Assembly: GCA_031835245.2 (NCBI GenBank)
Contig: JAVKOQ020000103.1
Coordinates: 1 to 64,000 of the forward strand
DNA length: 64,000 bases
Source: Balamuthia mandrillaris
Taxonomy: Eukaryota
Reading direction: 5' to 3'
Shown here: positions 1-12,216 of the stretch, one piece after another
Layout of the letters: the number at the start of each line of letters is the position of its first letter
Position numbering within the stretch: the first letter of the stretch is position 1
The notes under the pieces: model-generated
Databases searched by the model: none
What the model saw: the letters and a program-made list of their open reading frames with translations, nothing else
What the model was told of the DNA's origin: nothing
Made by a program: the position numbers and the translations under genes

Positions 1-37
1 CTAACCCTAACCCTAACCCTAACCCTAACCCTAACCC
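1..37. repeat. Telomeric repeat (CCCTAA)n / (TTAGGG)n, left chromosome end
   Basis: The window begins with about 6 perfect CCCTAA units, with the C-rich strand at the 5' end as expected for a left telomere. Confidence 0.95.
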
Positions 38-340
38 ATTTTGGTTTTTTCCACTACGAATTACATGTCGACGCGGTAACATCCGCCTTAACGGGGCATG
101 GCCAGAAAAAGGAAAGTTCCACCTGAAAAACCGTTCGAGAAAATAGGAATCCTCACGCCCAACAAACACACAGAAATACGAGTGACACGACATCCAAAAC
201 CTCCTCTACCCCTCCTAATCCTCTCCCATTCATAGGTTGGCCTCTCTCTCTCTCGCCTTTTGAATTACCTCCATCCAGAGACTCTGCGTTTGGGACCCAA
301 GAAAAGAAAACAAAAAACCACAAATAGACGAAACACAGAA

Positions 341-723
341 ATGACCCTCACCAGGATCCTAGACCCTGCAAAACCTCTTGCAGCCTCATCATCTACCACC
401 GCTGCGGCGTGGTCCAAGGCCAAGCAAAAGGAGAAGGAATCTCACGGAAGGAGGGAGGCGGAGCCCCTGGTCATCAAGGTGCAACCCCGTTCGTGGCTGC
501 AGGTCAAATGGTTTCAGTGGCAGCTGCACACGTGCCAGTACCTCATGTTTCCCGTCGAAAACTTCCTTATGAGTGCGTTGTTTTTCTCTCCTTCCTTGTT
601 CTTTTTTGTTTTAACATTAACTTTCTTTTCTTTTCTTTCTTTGCAGATACACTCATTATCGTGGTCCTCGGTTTGATGTTCTACAGGCTGTTTGGCTTTG
701 TCTCTTCGCTTCTTCCGTTGTAA
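341..723 (+). CDS. Serine palmitoyltransferase small subunit-like protein (ssSPT family), 2 exons (341-572, 647-723), 102 aa
   Basis: Splicing the GT..AG intron 573-646 gives ...WLQVKWFQWQLHTCQYLMFPVENFLMNTLIIVVLGLMFYRLFGFVSSLLPL. This resembles the ssSPT pattern W..YQY.L.T..YMLEPWE...FN followed by a single TM helix. Confidence 0.65.
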
Positions 724-735
724 AACCACCAAATT

Positions 736-2121
736 TTAAAGAAGTAGGAGTTGTTTTTGTTGTTGTTCATGTTGTTGTTGTAGCCATTGAAGCACCTCAT
801 GCCGTCCTTCTTTACTGGCTAAGGCACAAAGATCTTCTCTCTCGACGTACTCCTTCCAAATGTGCTCTTCGAGCTGGCTCTTTGCCCATTGCAGCACTTC
901 CAGATGTCCGCCTCGAACCGAGGGTTTGAGCAAATGATGGTCCAAGACGGGATAGCGCTCCGCATGGAGGCGTTGAAGCACTTTCAGAGCGCCATCGAGA
1001 ATGGCCATCCTGTACATACGTCGTTGGTCCCATACGCACCCATTCTCTCTTGCCCACAAGGCGAGTTCTTGCCAAGAGATCCGTCCGCCATGGCGAGAAT
1101 TGTAGGAATGGCAAGAAGAGCAAGAGTGAGGTGAACGCTGTGGTGGTGGCAGAGGAACAGGGGAGGAAGGAGCGGAATGGTGATAGACGGCAGCTGTGGT
1201 GCAAGTAGTATGGTCCCAAGGACATGCGCTCTCGTGTAACCAACGAAGAACATCCAAATGTCCGCCTTGTGCTGCAGCAGCACAGGTCCTTTCATCCCAG
1301 GGACACAGTCTGCCATCCTCTCGCAACCAACGAAGAACATGCAAATGTCCTCCTTCAGCTGCGGCTGCACAAGTCAGTTCGTCCCAGCTGCATCCCTCCT
1401 CTTCTCTTAGCCATTGCAGCAGCTTCAAGTTTCCACTCCTCGCCGCCAGTCGGCACATCTTTGCCTCATTCCATGAACGACATCCAACATCCTCGCCTCG
1501 CAACCATTGCAACGTTTCCAAGTGTCCTCCTCTGGCTGCCTCTTTACATGCTTTTCTATCCTGTCTCACGATCCTCAGGAAGTTGTTGCTACCATCGTTT
1601 TCCACCCATCCCTGTAGCAACCATCGAAGAACGTGAAGGTGTCCTCCTGCAGCGGCCGCGATCCACGTGGACACCGTAAACCGTCGGCACCTTTTCTCCT
1701 CCATAAACCACCGCAACACCTCCACATGCCCGTTCTTCGCCGCAGCATCCACCACGCTTTGGTCCCAAGCCGGACGGGTTTGTGGATGGTGGTCGCTCTG
1801 TAGCAGCCATCGCAAGGTGGAGAGGTGTCCACCCGAGGCAGCCAAACGGACCGTATCCACGGTCCGAAGGGCGAAAGAGGTGGAGCCTTGGCGTCGCTGA
1901 CGATGTTGACGCTGCTGCTCCTCCTCCGCCCAAAGAAGGAGAGCGGGGGAGTGAACGAAGGCTTTGGGGCTGAGGAGCAGGCGGAGAGAGGGACAGGCGC
2001 AGCACCACCATCTGCGGCAGGTTCGGGCGGCTATGGCGATGAACTCTAGAGGCAGGAAGGAGAAGACCAAGCAGAGGAGTTCGACGGGAATGTCCTCGGC
2101 GGTGGCTATGGTTGGTTCCAT
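736..2121 (-). CDS. F-box-like plus ankyrin-repeat protein (461 aa, intronless)
   Basis: N-terminal IPVELLCLVFSFL...AARTCRRW is F-box-like. It is followed by repeated WDE.TCAAAA.GGHL.VL.WL ankyrin units. Confidence 0.85.
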   Translation of the reverse strand: MEPTIATAEDIPVELLCLVFSFLPLEFIAIAARTCRRWWCCACPSLRLLLSPKAFVHSPALLLWAEEEQQRQHRQRRQGSTSFALRTVDTVRLAASGGHLSTLRWLLQSDHHPQTRPAWDQSVVDAAAKNGHVEVLRWFMEEKRCRRFTVSTWIAAAAGGHLHVLRWLLQGWVENDGSNNFLRIVRQDRKACKEAARGGHLETLQWLRGEDVGCRSWNEAKMCRLAARSGNLKLLQWLREEEGCSWDELTCAAAAEGGHLHVLRWLREDGRLCPWDERTCAAAAQGGHLDVLRWLHESACPWDHTTCTTAAVYHHSAPSSPVPLPPPQRSPHSCSSCHSYNSRHGGRISWQELALWARENGCVWDQRRMYRMAILDGALKVLQRLHAERYPVLDHHLLKPSVRGGHLEVLQWAKSQLEEHIWKEYVEREDLCALASKEGRHEVLQWLQQQHEQQQKQLLLL

Positions 2122-2830
2122 GTACGTTCCGTGTGGCGAGTGTGTTAGCGTAATATTTTTTTGTTTGGTGAAAAAGGGGAAAAAAAAGCCTTTTCATACC
2201 TCTTTATTTCACGCTCGCTGCTACAGGTACGAAACTACGAAAGCACAATAGCATGGTTGGTCCTGGGCGGCAGCATTCGCCCTTCTTTCTCATGCTGCGC
2301 TTTCTTCTCTCTTCGTTTCAGATTTTCATAATAATCTTGGATTTATTCGAACATTTCCAATTTTTTATCATTGCCCAACAATTTATTTCCGTTTATCACG
2401 CCGAGTGATGAGGACATCTTTCAAAAATATCAATAATTATCACGGATAACATTATATATAATATGATCTTAGATCACAATTATGAACTAGATAATAACCG
2501 ACCAATCCGGAAGCGGCGTGACGTGTGTCGGTTCATTCATTATAGCCCTCATTTAATTTTTTTTAAACTTGCAATAAAAAACGAGGACACACCACGAAAG
2601 AAAGAAAGAAAGGAGAGAGAAGAAGTCCGTTGCGGCAGAGTCAAGTTCCGCTTGTTTATTCTGTTGTATTGTTGTTTTTGGGTTTTAGTTTTTCTTTTGT
2701 TTTGTTTTTCGTTTTTTTTTAAAAAAGAGAACGTTTTATTGTAACGTTTTTTTTCATGTATTTTTCATTTTAAAGGAAAGAAGGGAGAGACTCCAAGGAA
2801 CTTTTTTTAAAAAAAACACCACAACCAAAG

Positions 2831-5800
2831 ATGAGCGTTGTATTCAAACGGGAGTCCAAGAAAGAGTCTTCAGAGAGCGGAGCAGGAGGAGGTGGCGGAG
2901 GAGGAGCAACGGAGATGGACGAGGAAACCAAGAGCAAGAAAGGCTTCCAAAAATTTACTCAGTCCTTCGACCTCCTCAAACGCAACAAGAACAAAAGCAA
3001 GAAGGACCACGGCGAGCCTTTCCTCCTCGACCTGGACCGCTCCTCCGAGCTCATAGGCCGGAGCAGCAGCAGCCACAAGAAAAGCGGCACCAAGACCATC
3101 TCCGCCGCCGCCGGGCGAAGAAGGGGCTCCCTGCAAAGCCTCAGCCCGACCAAGGCCCGCCGGGACAAGATATCGCTGCTGCAGCAGGAGGACTCCCTTG
3201 CCGACGACCATTCCTCCTCCTCGCCGGAGGAGGAGGACTCGTTGTCCACAAATAACACCTCGCCCAACAGCAAAGGACGCCGACGAGCCTCCACGCAGCT
3301 GCCAAAGAAGTCCAGCGACGATAGCAGCACTCCTTTCCCGTCTTCCTCTTCTTCTTCCTCTTCTTCTTCGTCTTCCTCTTCGTCTTCCAAGAAAGGAGGA
3401 GGCAAGAAAACCACGACGATAGGAGGGTCGGGCATCTTTTTCTCCCCGCGGTTGGGACGGTCCTCGTCGGTGGAGCATGAGAAGCACAAGTCAAAGAGCG
3501 ACGACGAGGAGGGGGAGGGCGAGGAGGAGGGGAGCGAGAACGTCGAGAACGAGAACGAGGAGGAGCAGGAGGCGAACTCCGATGAAGAGGCAACGGGCTC
3601 CTCGAAGAAGAAACGAAGAAGCTTCCGACCGAAGGGAAGAAGGAAGAGCCAAGGGATGAGCTCTTCTCCCATCTCTTCTTCTTCCTCACCAAAGAAAAAA
3701 ATCACCTTCTCTTCTTCCCCCTCCTCTTCTTCCTCTGCTTCCTCTTCCGGCAAGAAAAAGAGCAGCAAAGAAAAGGACTATGCGAGCGAAGCCGAGGCCG
3801 ATGACGCCTCTTTGATCAGTCGAAGTGGCGGCCACCACCGCTCTCAACGTCGTCGCCGCGTGCCTTCCGTCTTGTCCCTGGCCAAAACCTCCAAGTCTTC
3901 CTCCTCGAAATCCTCCTCACCTGCCTCTTCCTCCTCCATTGCCTTGCAGTCCATTTCCTCAGAGCAGTCGCTGGAGCAACATCAACAGCAACACCAAGGG
4001 AAGGGCGGCTTGAGCCCCGGAAGGAGGAAAGGGTTGGCGGAGATCGGATGGAACCTGAACGACTGGGACCTGGAGGAGCGGAACGCCAAGACGGAGTGGG
4101 ACGGAGAGGAGGACGACTTCGATCCGGACTTGAGCCTCGTCGAGTTCTCGGATGACTCTGACCTGGAATTGGATGAGGACGCTCCTTCCACCGAAGGAGG
4201 AGAAAGGGAGGCAGGAGGAGAGCGGCGAAAAAAGACAGGAAGCGAAGAGGATGACGATGAAGAGGCGAGCAAGAAGGAGCAAGAAATGGCCACCTTGGTG
4301 GATAAACTGATCAAGCATTCCGTGTTTGACCTCATTCAAGCCTTTGAGAGCGGCTCCCTCTTCTCCAACAGCGGCAACAAGAACAAAGAGCTGGATAGCG
4401 CGTTGACTCCGGAAGATTGGAAGCTCATCGCAGCGGCTAGAACCGACGTTGTGGCCCGTGGAGAGCTGGTTCGTTCCATCAAACAACGGATGGAAGAGAG
4501 GAGACAACGAGAACAACAACTACAGCGAGAACAACAAAAGGGCCGCAAAGGATCACGCGGCTTGCCTCCGAGCGCTTTGGACATCACTTTGATAGAGGGC
4601 GGTAAAGTTGGAAGAGTGGTTAGGAGTTGGGGAGCCAGTTCGGGTGCCAAAGTCCTTAGCCTCTCTCAACGAAACCTACAAGAACAACTGAAAGAAGAGG
4701 AGGCGGGCGAGTCAGAAGGGGAAGAACAAGAAGGAGGAGACGGCGAAGAAGGAGGAAGCAAAAGGAAACGAAAAGTGGGAGGAGCGAGAATAAGAGGAGA
4801 GGGATCGTTCATAGACATTGAAGGCAGAAGAGGCATCTCGTCGGCTCAATCCAAGCTAAGTACCAGCAGCAGCGAAATGGAGCTGACTCGCAGAAAAGAT
4901 GGCGACGAGGCAGAGAGCGACAAGAAGAAAAAGAAGAGCGGCTCTGCTTTGTTGACGTTACCTTCCACGTCCACCTCCAACTCTCGCAGACTGGCCAACA
5001 GTTCCTCTCCTCCGCTCAGCAAAAGGAAAAAGGACAGAGGATCCTCTTTGAAACGAGGCAGCAGCAAGCAAAGCGTTCTTCTCAACCTCACCGAAGAACT
5101 CAAATCCACTTTGGATCCTTCTGCTTCCTCTGCTTCTCCCAAGTCAGCTCGCCGACTTCCGATCGGCAGTGCTGGAAGCCGTCGTCTTCTCAACCCCGAG
5201 GAAAAGCTTCGTCGCATGAGAGAAGGCGGCAGCTTGGACAGCAACCTGGACTTGGCCTCTCTGTCAGAGCTGCAAATCAACGCCACCGGCTCCCTCATCG
5301 TCGCTGGCGAGGAAGGAGGCAGAGGCAAGAAAGGACACACGAGACAGAGCTCTCAGTCCATTTGTTTGGCCTCTCCTCCGCAACTGTTGTTGACGGTCGA
5401 TGAAGGGACCGGAAACGAGTCGCCGCAGGAGGGAAGAAGCCGTTCCGGAAGCATCGGAGGAGGGCCGGCTTCGCCTTCGTCAGCCACCTGGAAGAAAAAG
5501 TTGGGCAAAAGCAAAACGGTGAGACTACATGGCAACGTTGGCGGGTTGTTTACGATGGGAGAAGTTGGAGAGGAGAGCGAAGAGGCATTGTCGGACACGA
5601 ACTCAAGTACCGCCTCCTCCAAGACCTCCTCTCCTTCCTCTTCGTTGTTCGTTCCTGGCTCGAGTTCCGCCGCCGCCGCTGCCGCCGCGCTTTCCTCGAT
5701 GACCTCTTCCGGTAAGACCAACGTGGATGCTTTGCTGAAAGAGTTGGAGGGAGGGGAAGTCACACGGATCAAGGACTGGGAGGAGCTCGCTCAGGAGCAG

Positions 5801-8800
5801 GAGCAAGAGTTTGAGAAGTACTTTCAAGAGTTGAAGAAGAAGAGCAAAAACTCCGAGTTCTACGAACGCTACAAGCAAGGAAAGAATCCGAGAAGGAAGA
5901 GCTCCACCGCCGGTCGAGCTACTGGCCTCGATAAGCTCTTCCACTCCTCTTCCTTCACTGTTTCTGATTCGGGTGAAGCGGTGGCTTCGAGGAGCGAAGC
6001 TGCTGAAAGTGGAGGTGAAGATGTGGAAGAATTGGAGCAACTCTTTTGGGAGTACTATGAGCGACCTCCTGCGTTGATTGTTCCTTCTTCCTCGTTGAAA
6101 CCAAAGAAACAAGAAACGGCTCCAACCGAGAAAGAAGAACAGCAGAGCAACAAAGAAAAGAAAGAAGAAGGAAAAGGAGAAGGAGAAGGGGAGGAATCAG
6201 CAAGGAAGAAGACCGTCGTCATCGTCGAAGAGAAACAAGAACCAGAACCAGAACAACAAACGGAAAAGACAGAAACCAACGAAACAACAGACAACAACCC
6301 CGATGCCCCTTCTCCGACACCAGTTGTGCCCGATTGGGAAAAGCCGACAGACGTGAAGTGGCATGTCGAAAGAGGAACTATCCGTCATTTCGCTCCTGGC
6401 ACCAAACATCCGCTTGAAAGCGTTGATGAGTTTGTGCCTTACTATCGCAACTTCTTCCAAGACAAAGGTTTGCATCTTCGCTGCCTCTCCCTGCTCTTCC
6501 CGCTCCTCTCTCTGCCATTCTCTCTCCTTTCCTTTCTCTTTTCCCTTCTCTGCTTCTCGTTCGATATCGCTCTGTTCCGTAACAACCTTTCAATATACAG
6601 ATCACACAAGCTACTTTGCGGATGATCCGCGGGTTGGACCTATAATAGTTTCCATCGAAGAGAAGAAACGAGCCACTGGCTCTATCTTTCAACGACGAGT
6701 GCCAGAAAAAGGAAGCATCCCCTCGCAACAACAACCATTCCAAGGCGGTAGCCTTACCCCTCCTCCTCTTAAACGGCACAACAGCGCTGAGCTGGAGTCT
6801 TCTGGAACAGAAGGCTCCGCTGCAATGGAAGCTTCCGGCAAAGAAAAAGAGAAAGGAAGTGCGTTTGGGAAGTTCAAAGACATCACTACGGCTTCGCTTC
6901 AACCATGGAATCTGTCTTTCGACATGAGGAGGAAACGGGAGAAACACTCCTCCAAAGAGGGACTACCCACAACGAACGACGAGAACGAGGAGGACAGCAG
7001 CGATGATGAAGGCGCCTCTTATTCTGCCTATTCAGCTGCCGCCAAGTTTGGCAAAGGCTTTAAACGAACTTTAGGTTTACGAAAGAAAGAAGATGCCAGC
7101 AAAGGAAGTCTATATAACCTTCGTGATCATCTAACTCCCTCTTCCTCTTCTCTCGGTTCATCCTCCTCTTCATCTTCTGCCTCTTCCTCCTCATCTTCGG
7201 TGCCCATTCTTTCAAGCTCTGGCGGGCATTCGGTCTCGTTTGCCGATTTGGCGGTCTCTTCGTCTCCTCCTGAGGTGCCGGGTGATGATGATACCTCTTC
7301 TGCCTCTTCTTCTACTCCAGCTCAAAACCTTGATACCTCTGCTCCTTCTTCTTTGACTTCCACCGCAGAAACTCCCGCTTCCTCAACGCCTGTATCATCT
7401 TCTTCGGCCCCTTCAACACCCTCTGATCCTGCAACAATAACAACAACAAACGCTCCTTCTGAGTCTTCTCCTGGCTCTACTCCTTCTCCTGTCTCTTCCA
7501 ATGCTTCAGCTTCTGCTCCTGCTCCTTCCGACTCTTTGACCACAACCTCAGAAATACCAGTCGAAGCAACGCCTTCTCCTCGCGTTTCTGACGGAGCTGT
7601 GTCAACTGCACCGAAACTCGCTCCAGAACAAGAAAGAAGAGAGAAGTTCATTAACAGGACGAAAGAGAAGAAGAAAGGCTCCTCCATCATGTCCCTCAGT
7701 TCGTTGCAAAGCACCGCCAGCACTATCAACAACAACGTTGTCGTCAACCCGTTCTCTCAAGCCGCGAAGCTCATGAGTTGGACCACCGAAAACAGAGAAA
7801 CAGCCTTTCGAGTTCTCATTCAAACGAAAAAGGTTATATTTGCTGAATGTTCTTTATGTTCTTTTAATAGTGTGTTCTAAACGTCTTCTTCTTCTTGTTC
7901 TTTTTAACAAAACAGGGAGAGAAACAATTGTTCATTCGCAGCGGCTATCACAAGAAAGAGAAGATCAAAGCGATCAAAATGGCGTGCCTCGCGCATGGCA
8001 TCTTCCACAAGGAGATCCCTCCTGACCTCAAGTTTTCTCCTTTGAAAGGTTTGTTCTTCTTTGTCTTTGTCTTTGTCTTTGTCTTTGTCTTTGTCTTTGT
8101 CTTTGTCTTTGTCTTTGTCTTTGTCTTTGTCTTTGTCTTTGTCTTTGTCTTTGTCTTTGTCGTATAACGCTCTCTTCTTTTTGTTTCCAGAGTCAGAACA
8201 ATTGAGAGCCGAGATAAGCAAGTTGGAGAAGAACTTCATTGCCAACCGATACAAGTTTGGAGTGCTTTATGCTTGCAAGGGCCAAACTGAAAACCAAATG
8301 TTCAACAATCGTACGTCCTCTCTTTCGTTCTTCGTTTTTATTCACTCTAGCTTAACACTCTGTCCTTTCCTCCAACGATTCTTTTTGGTTAAAAGGTGTT
8401 ACAAGCGAAACATTCAACAAGTTCCTTGAGCTGATGGGCCAAAGAATTACTCTCAAAGGCTGGAATGGCTACACAGGCGGTCTTGACGTCCGAAGTACTT
8501 TTTATCCTCCTTTTTTTTCCCTCCTCCTCCTTCTCCTTCTTCTTCTTCTCGTTTTGTTTAACAAGTGAAAAAAAAAACCAGATAACACAACAGGAACAGA
8601 AAGTGTCTTCACAACGTTCCAAGAACAGGACGTAATGTTCCACGTGAGCACTATGCTCCCTTTCTTCCCCGAAGACGAACAACAAGTGGAGCGAAAACGG
8701 CATTTGGGCAACGACATCGTCGTCATCGTTTGGTTGGAGGGAGGAGGCACGTTTGACCCTTGCATCCTCAAAACAAAGTTCAACCACATCATCGCGGTGA

Positions 8801-9237
8801 TCTCCCCGTTGGCAGCGGAGAAAAGAGAGGAGGAGAAGAAGCAAGAGGAAGGAGAAGCCAAGAAGGAGGAGAAGCAAGGGGATGGAAAGATTGCCGTGAG
8901 GGTGGAATTTGCGGCGAGGGAGGGGGTGAAGCCCTTTGGACCGCAACGATTCAACTCGACCAAGTTTGTGTTGGATGAGACCTTTAGAGAGTTTTTGCTT
9001 ACCAAACGTAACGTTTCTCTCTCTCTCTCTCTCTCTCTCTACTCTCTCCTTCTCCTCCTTATTTTATTTTTTTTTTCTCTGTCTATGCTTTCTTATTTTA
9101 AAGTAACTTTTAAACAAAATATAGTTATAAACGGAGAAAGATCAGCTTTGCGAACGGCTCCGGTGTTTGCCCAAAAGCTTCAGACGACACGCAAGACCAT
9201 TTTGCAGGACATCATTCAAACGCATGCCGCCAAATGA
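2831..9237 (+). CDS. Rap/Ran-GAP domain protein with a long Ser/Lys/Glu-rich low-complexity N-terminus (multi-exon)
   Basis: Exon 1 is 2831-6467, exon 2 is 6601-7832, then short exons. These encode YKFGVLY, GWNGYTGGLD, MFHVSTMLP and RKRHLGND (Asn-thumb motif), FREFLLTK and NGERSA. Stop at 9237. Confidence 0.9.
8059..8161. repeat. (TTGTCT)n microsatellite in a RapGAP intron
   Basis: Perfect hexamer tandem repeat. Confidence 0.95.
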
Positions 9238-9783
9238 AGCCTTCCTTTGCTTGTTTTCTCTCTTTTGTTTTTTTGTTTGTTTACCCCAAAAAAATAATAC
9301 CTGTATTTTTTTCTTTCTTGTTCCATCTCTTCTTGTTCTCCTTCTGTTCCTCTTCTTTCTGCCATTGTCACCTCTTTGTTTTCTTTTCTTCCTTCTCTTG
9401 GTTAAGGTTATTCTTGTTCCTCTTCTCTCTTCCGTGTGATGGTCCTACAAAGGTTTGCTTGTTTCCAAATGTTTGCTGGCGCAACAAAAGTTATGAATGG
9501 CCACTTTCATCCTTATTCTATTGGGGAGAAACGGGTTTTTAAGTTCTTCGACGTAACGCTGAAAGCTGTGTGTCTAGGCTACTGTTGTTATAGAAAAATA
9601 TAAAATATTTTAAAATATAACAAATATAAAATAAAAAAATAAAAATTAAAATCCAAAATTTTCAATTATTATCCACAAATATTGTATTTTTGAATATTTC
9701 GATAGAGGTAATAATAATTCGAAATGTTGCTTTTTTTATCTCAACATCTTAGTTTCCGTCTCTCCCTCTTCATCCTCTTCCAT

Positions 9784-10476
9784 CTACCACCGACGATACG
9801 GCAAGTACTTCCCTCGGTAGGTGATCCTCACTCTGGACTCTTTCTTCTTCTTTCCTTCCCCTTCTTGTTCTCCTTCTCCCTCTAGTTCCACTTCTCCGCT
9901 GGCCTCCTTATCCTCAATCCTCTCCACCTTCATCTGAAACGATACCGCGCTCATGATCCCGTCCTTGCCGAACTTCTCCTGGATGACGTCCTTCAAAGGA
10001 AGACCGTAGACGTGGAGGATCTCGAAGAAGCGGTACATGGTGGGATCGGTGGGAATCTCAGGGGAGAGAAGGCCGCGGGTGAGGGGGAAGTTGTTGAGCT
10101 GGTACAGCACCTCATCGTCCTCCTGGAGGTGAAGCGCTTTGGCCAAGTCCATGGTGGTCGTTGCATTTGCCTTTGTATCATTTGATGTCAGCAACACAAA
10201 AATAGCGACAAAATAGGCTGAAGAGAGATGAGGTACCGAAAGCTGGTTGTAGACAAGCGCAGCCACCCAAGTGTCCGACTTGTCGAGCATCTTTCCGAGC
10301 CTCTCCCACGTCAACCCAAGCTGTTGCTTCATGCTCAACATGCGCAACGTTCCCGTGGGCAAGTCATCCAGGGAGAATATCTTCGACGCGGAGGAGGTGG
10401 AGACGAAAAAAGCGCAGCCTATCGCCAAGACAGCCGCGATGCTCCACAGGGCCTTCACGTAGTTGCTCCTCTTCAT
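9784..10476 (-). CDS. cynS: Cyanate hydratase (cyanase), copy 1, with N-terminal signal peptide; intron 10171-10236
   Basis: HTH-like K..LGLTWE.LGK...KSDTWVAALVYNQ segment. C-terminal PTDPTMYRFFE...EKFGKDGIMSA...RVRITYRGKYLPY. Hydrophobic leader ALWSIAAVLAIGCAFFVSTSSA. Confidence 0.9.
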   Translation of the reverse strand: MKRSNYVKALWSIAAVLAIGCAFFVSTSSASKIFSLDDLPTGTLRMLSMKQQLGLTWERLGKMLDKSDTWVAALVYNQLSVPHLSSAYFVAIFVLLTSNDTKANATTTMDLAKALHLQEDDEVLYQLNNFPLTRGLLSPEIPTDPTMYRFFEILHVYGLPLKDVIQEKFGKDGIMSAVSFQMKVERIEDKEASGEVELEGEGEQEGEGKKKKESRVRITYRGKYLPYRRW

Positions 10477-10857
10477 TCTCTATGTTCTTTCTGTGTGTGT
10501 GGTGGTATCCAAAGTTGATGGCTGAAAAATGAAAAGGAACGAAAGAGAAACGAAAAAGATATAAAAAGCTTCGAGTGGCGGAAGGAAGAGACCCATAAAA
10601 GGTAGAAATGTGGACGAAAATTCGTTAAAAAGAGGACATAAGAATTCCGATTGGTCCATTCGAATTAATGAATCGATTTTGATTGGTTGACGCTTCATAC
10701 TGATTTCCTTTTTGGGGTCACTATTCTCTTTGAATTTCTCTCTGTTTTCTCTTCGGGGTAATGCATAAATACTTGCTCCTCTCTCTGTTGCGTCTTTACA
10801 TTTTTTCTTCTCATCCATACCAACTGAACCAGGACAAACCGACGGAGGAAAAAAAAA

Positions 10858-11703
10858 ATGGCATTACACAAATTTGCTGCATTCGCATTACTCTTCTTTT
10901 CCGTGGCCTTGGCGGTCTCGGCAGTCGATCCACATGACTTCCTCTCTGGCTTCATGGGGGACCAACAGTTTGCAACAACGGACCAGCTCGACCAACAACA
11001 CAGCTATCGACACCACAAGGATCCTGCTTTCGGCTCAGGACTTCCCGTGCACCAGGAGCTTTCTCTTGCGACCATTACGATGCTGGAAGCCAAGAGCGAG
11101 AAGAAGTTGACCTGGGATGATTTGGGAAAGTCGGTAGGACAGGACCCTATGTGGGTGGCTTCGCTTGTTTACAACAGTGCTTCTGTAAGTTTCTTTCCTA
11201 CTCTCTCTCTTCTCTCTTTCTCCTGTCTCTTCTCTTCTTAGGTGTTTATTTCTTTTAACATTTTAACTTCTTTTGAACTTAAGGCTAATAAAGACATTGC
11301 CGACAAGTTGATGGAAGCTTTGGGTCTCAATGATAAAGACCACAAATACGTCCACAAGCAGCTCGTCCGTTATCCCTACAAGGGAGGCTTGGCCCATCGC
11401 CTTCAAGTGCCCTCCGATCCTCTGCTCTATCGCTTCTGGGAGGTCATGCAGTCCTACGCAATGCCCCTCCGCGACATAATGTTCGAACGTTTCGATGACA
11501 AAGGTTCGTTTTTGTAGCTTTTCTTGGTCTCTTCTCTTTTTCTCATTCCTGATGCCAACTAAACTAATATAGGAGTTGGCGGAATCATGAGCGCTGTTGA
11601 CTTTTCCATCCAAGTGAAACAGTCGGAGGAGGTCGGAGACGATGAACACCCTTGGGTGGAGGTCGTGATGGAGGGCAAGTGGCTTCCTTTCGAAGCTTGG
11701 TAA
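10858..11703 (+). CDS. cynS: Cyanate hydratase (cyanase), copy 2, with signal peptide; exons 10858-11184, 11284-11503, 11573-11703
   Basis: MALHKFAAFALLFFSVALAVSA leader, then EAKSEKKLTWDDLGK..G.DPMWVASLVYN, PSDPLLYRFWE, GGIMSAVDF, VEVVMEGKWLPFEAW*. Confidence 0.88.
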
Positions 11704-11913
11704 ACAACCAACAAAAAGCAGAGGCATATTGTTGTTTATTACAATGAGCAAAAAACAATGAAACAAAACTCGTTTCCATGTATTTGAAAGAATCTCATAC
11801 CAAGACACAGTGGTGGAGATCTGCTCGGAATAGGCGTTGCAACATGCCAGAGCAACCGGGTGTCTTGGGAAGTTCTCAGAGTACCTGCAACTGAGCAGGG
11901 AAAAAGCAAGGAG

Positions 11914-12165
11914 CTATTCTTGTAATAACGAGTCTACAAGTTGAATCTGATAAGTTAATTGCTTCTTCTTCCAAAGAGAGAAAGAGTTGTCCCAAACGAG
12001 AACATAACGCCCTGGTCGATCTATACTAATCGAACCCTGAACGGGTTCCACGTGCGAGGCGTGTCTCTTCAGAGGCACGATTTCGGTTCTGTTCTTTTGC
12101 TGCTTGTGGTTGTTTGCGTATGAGAAATGAGGAAAGAGAGAGAGAGAGGGAGAGGGAGAGGGAGA

Positions 12166-12216
<51 letters not shown>

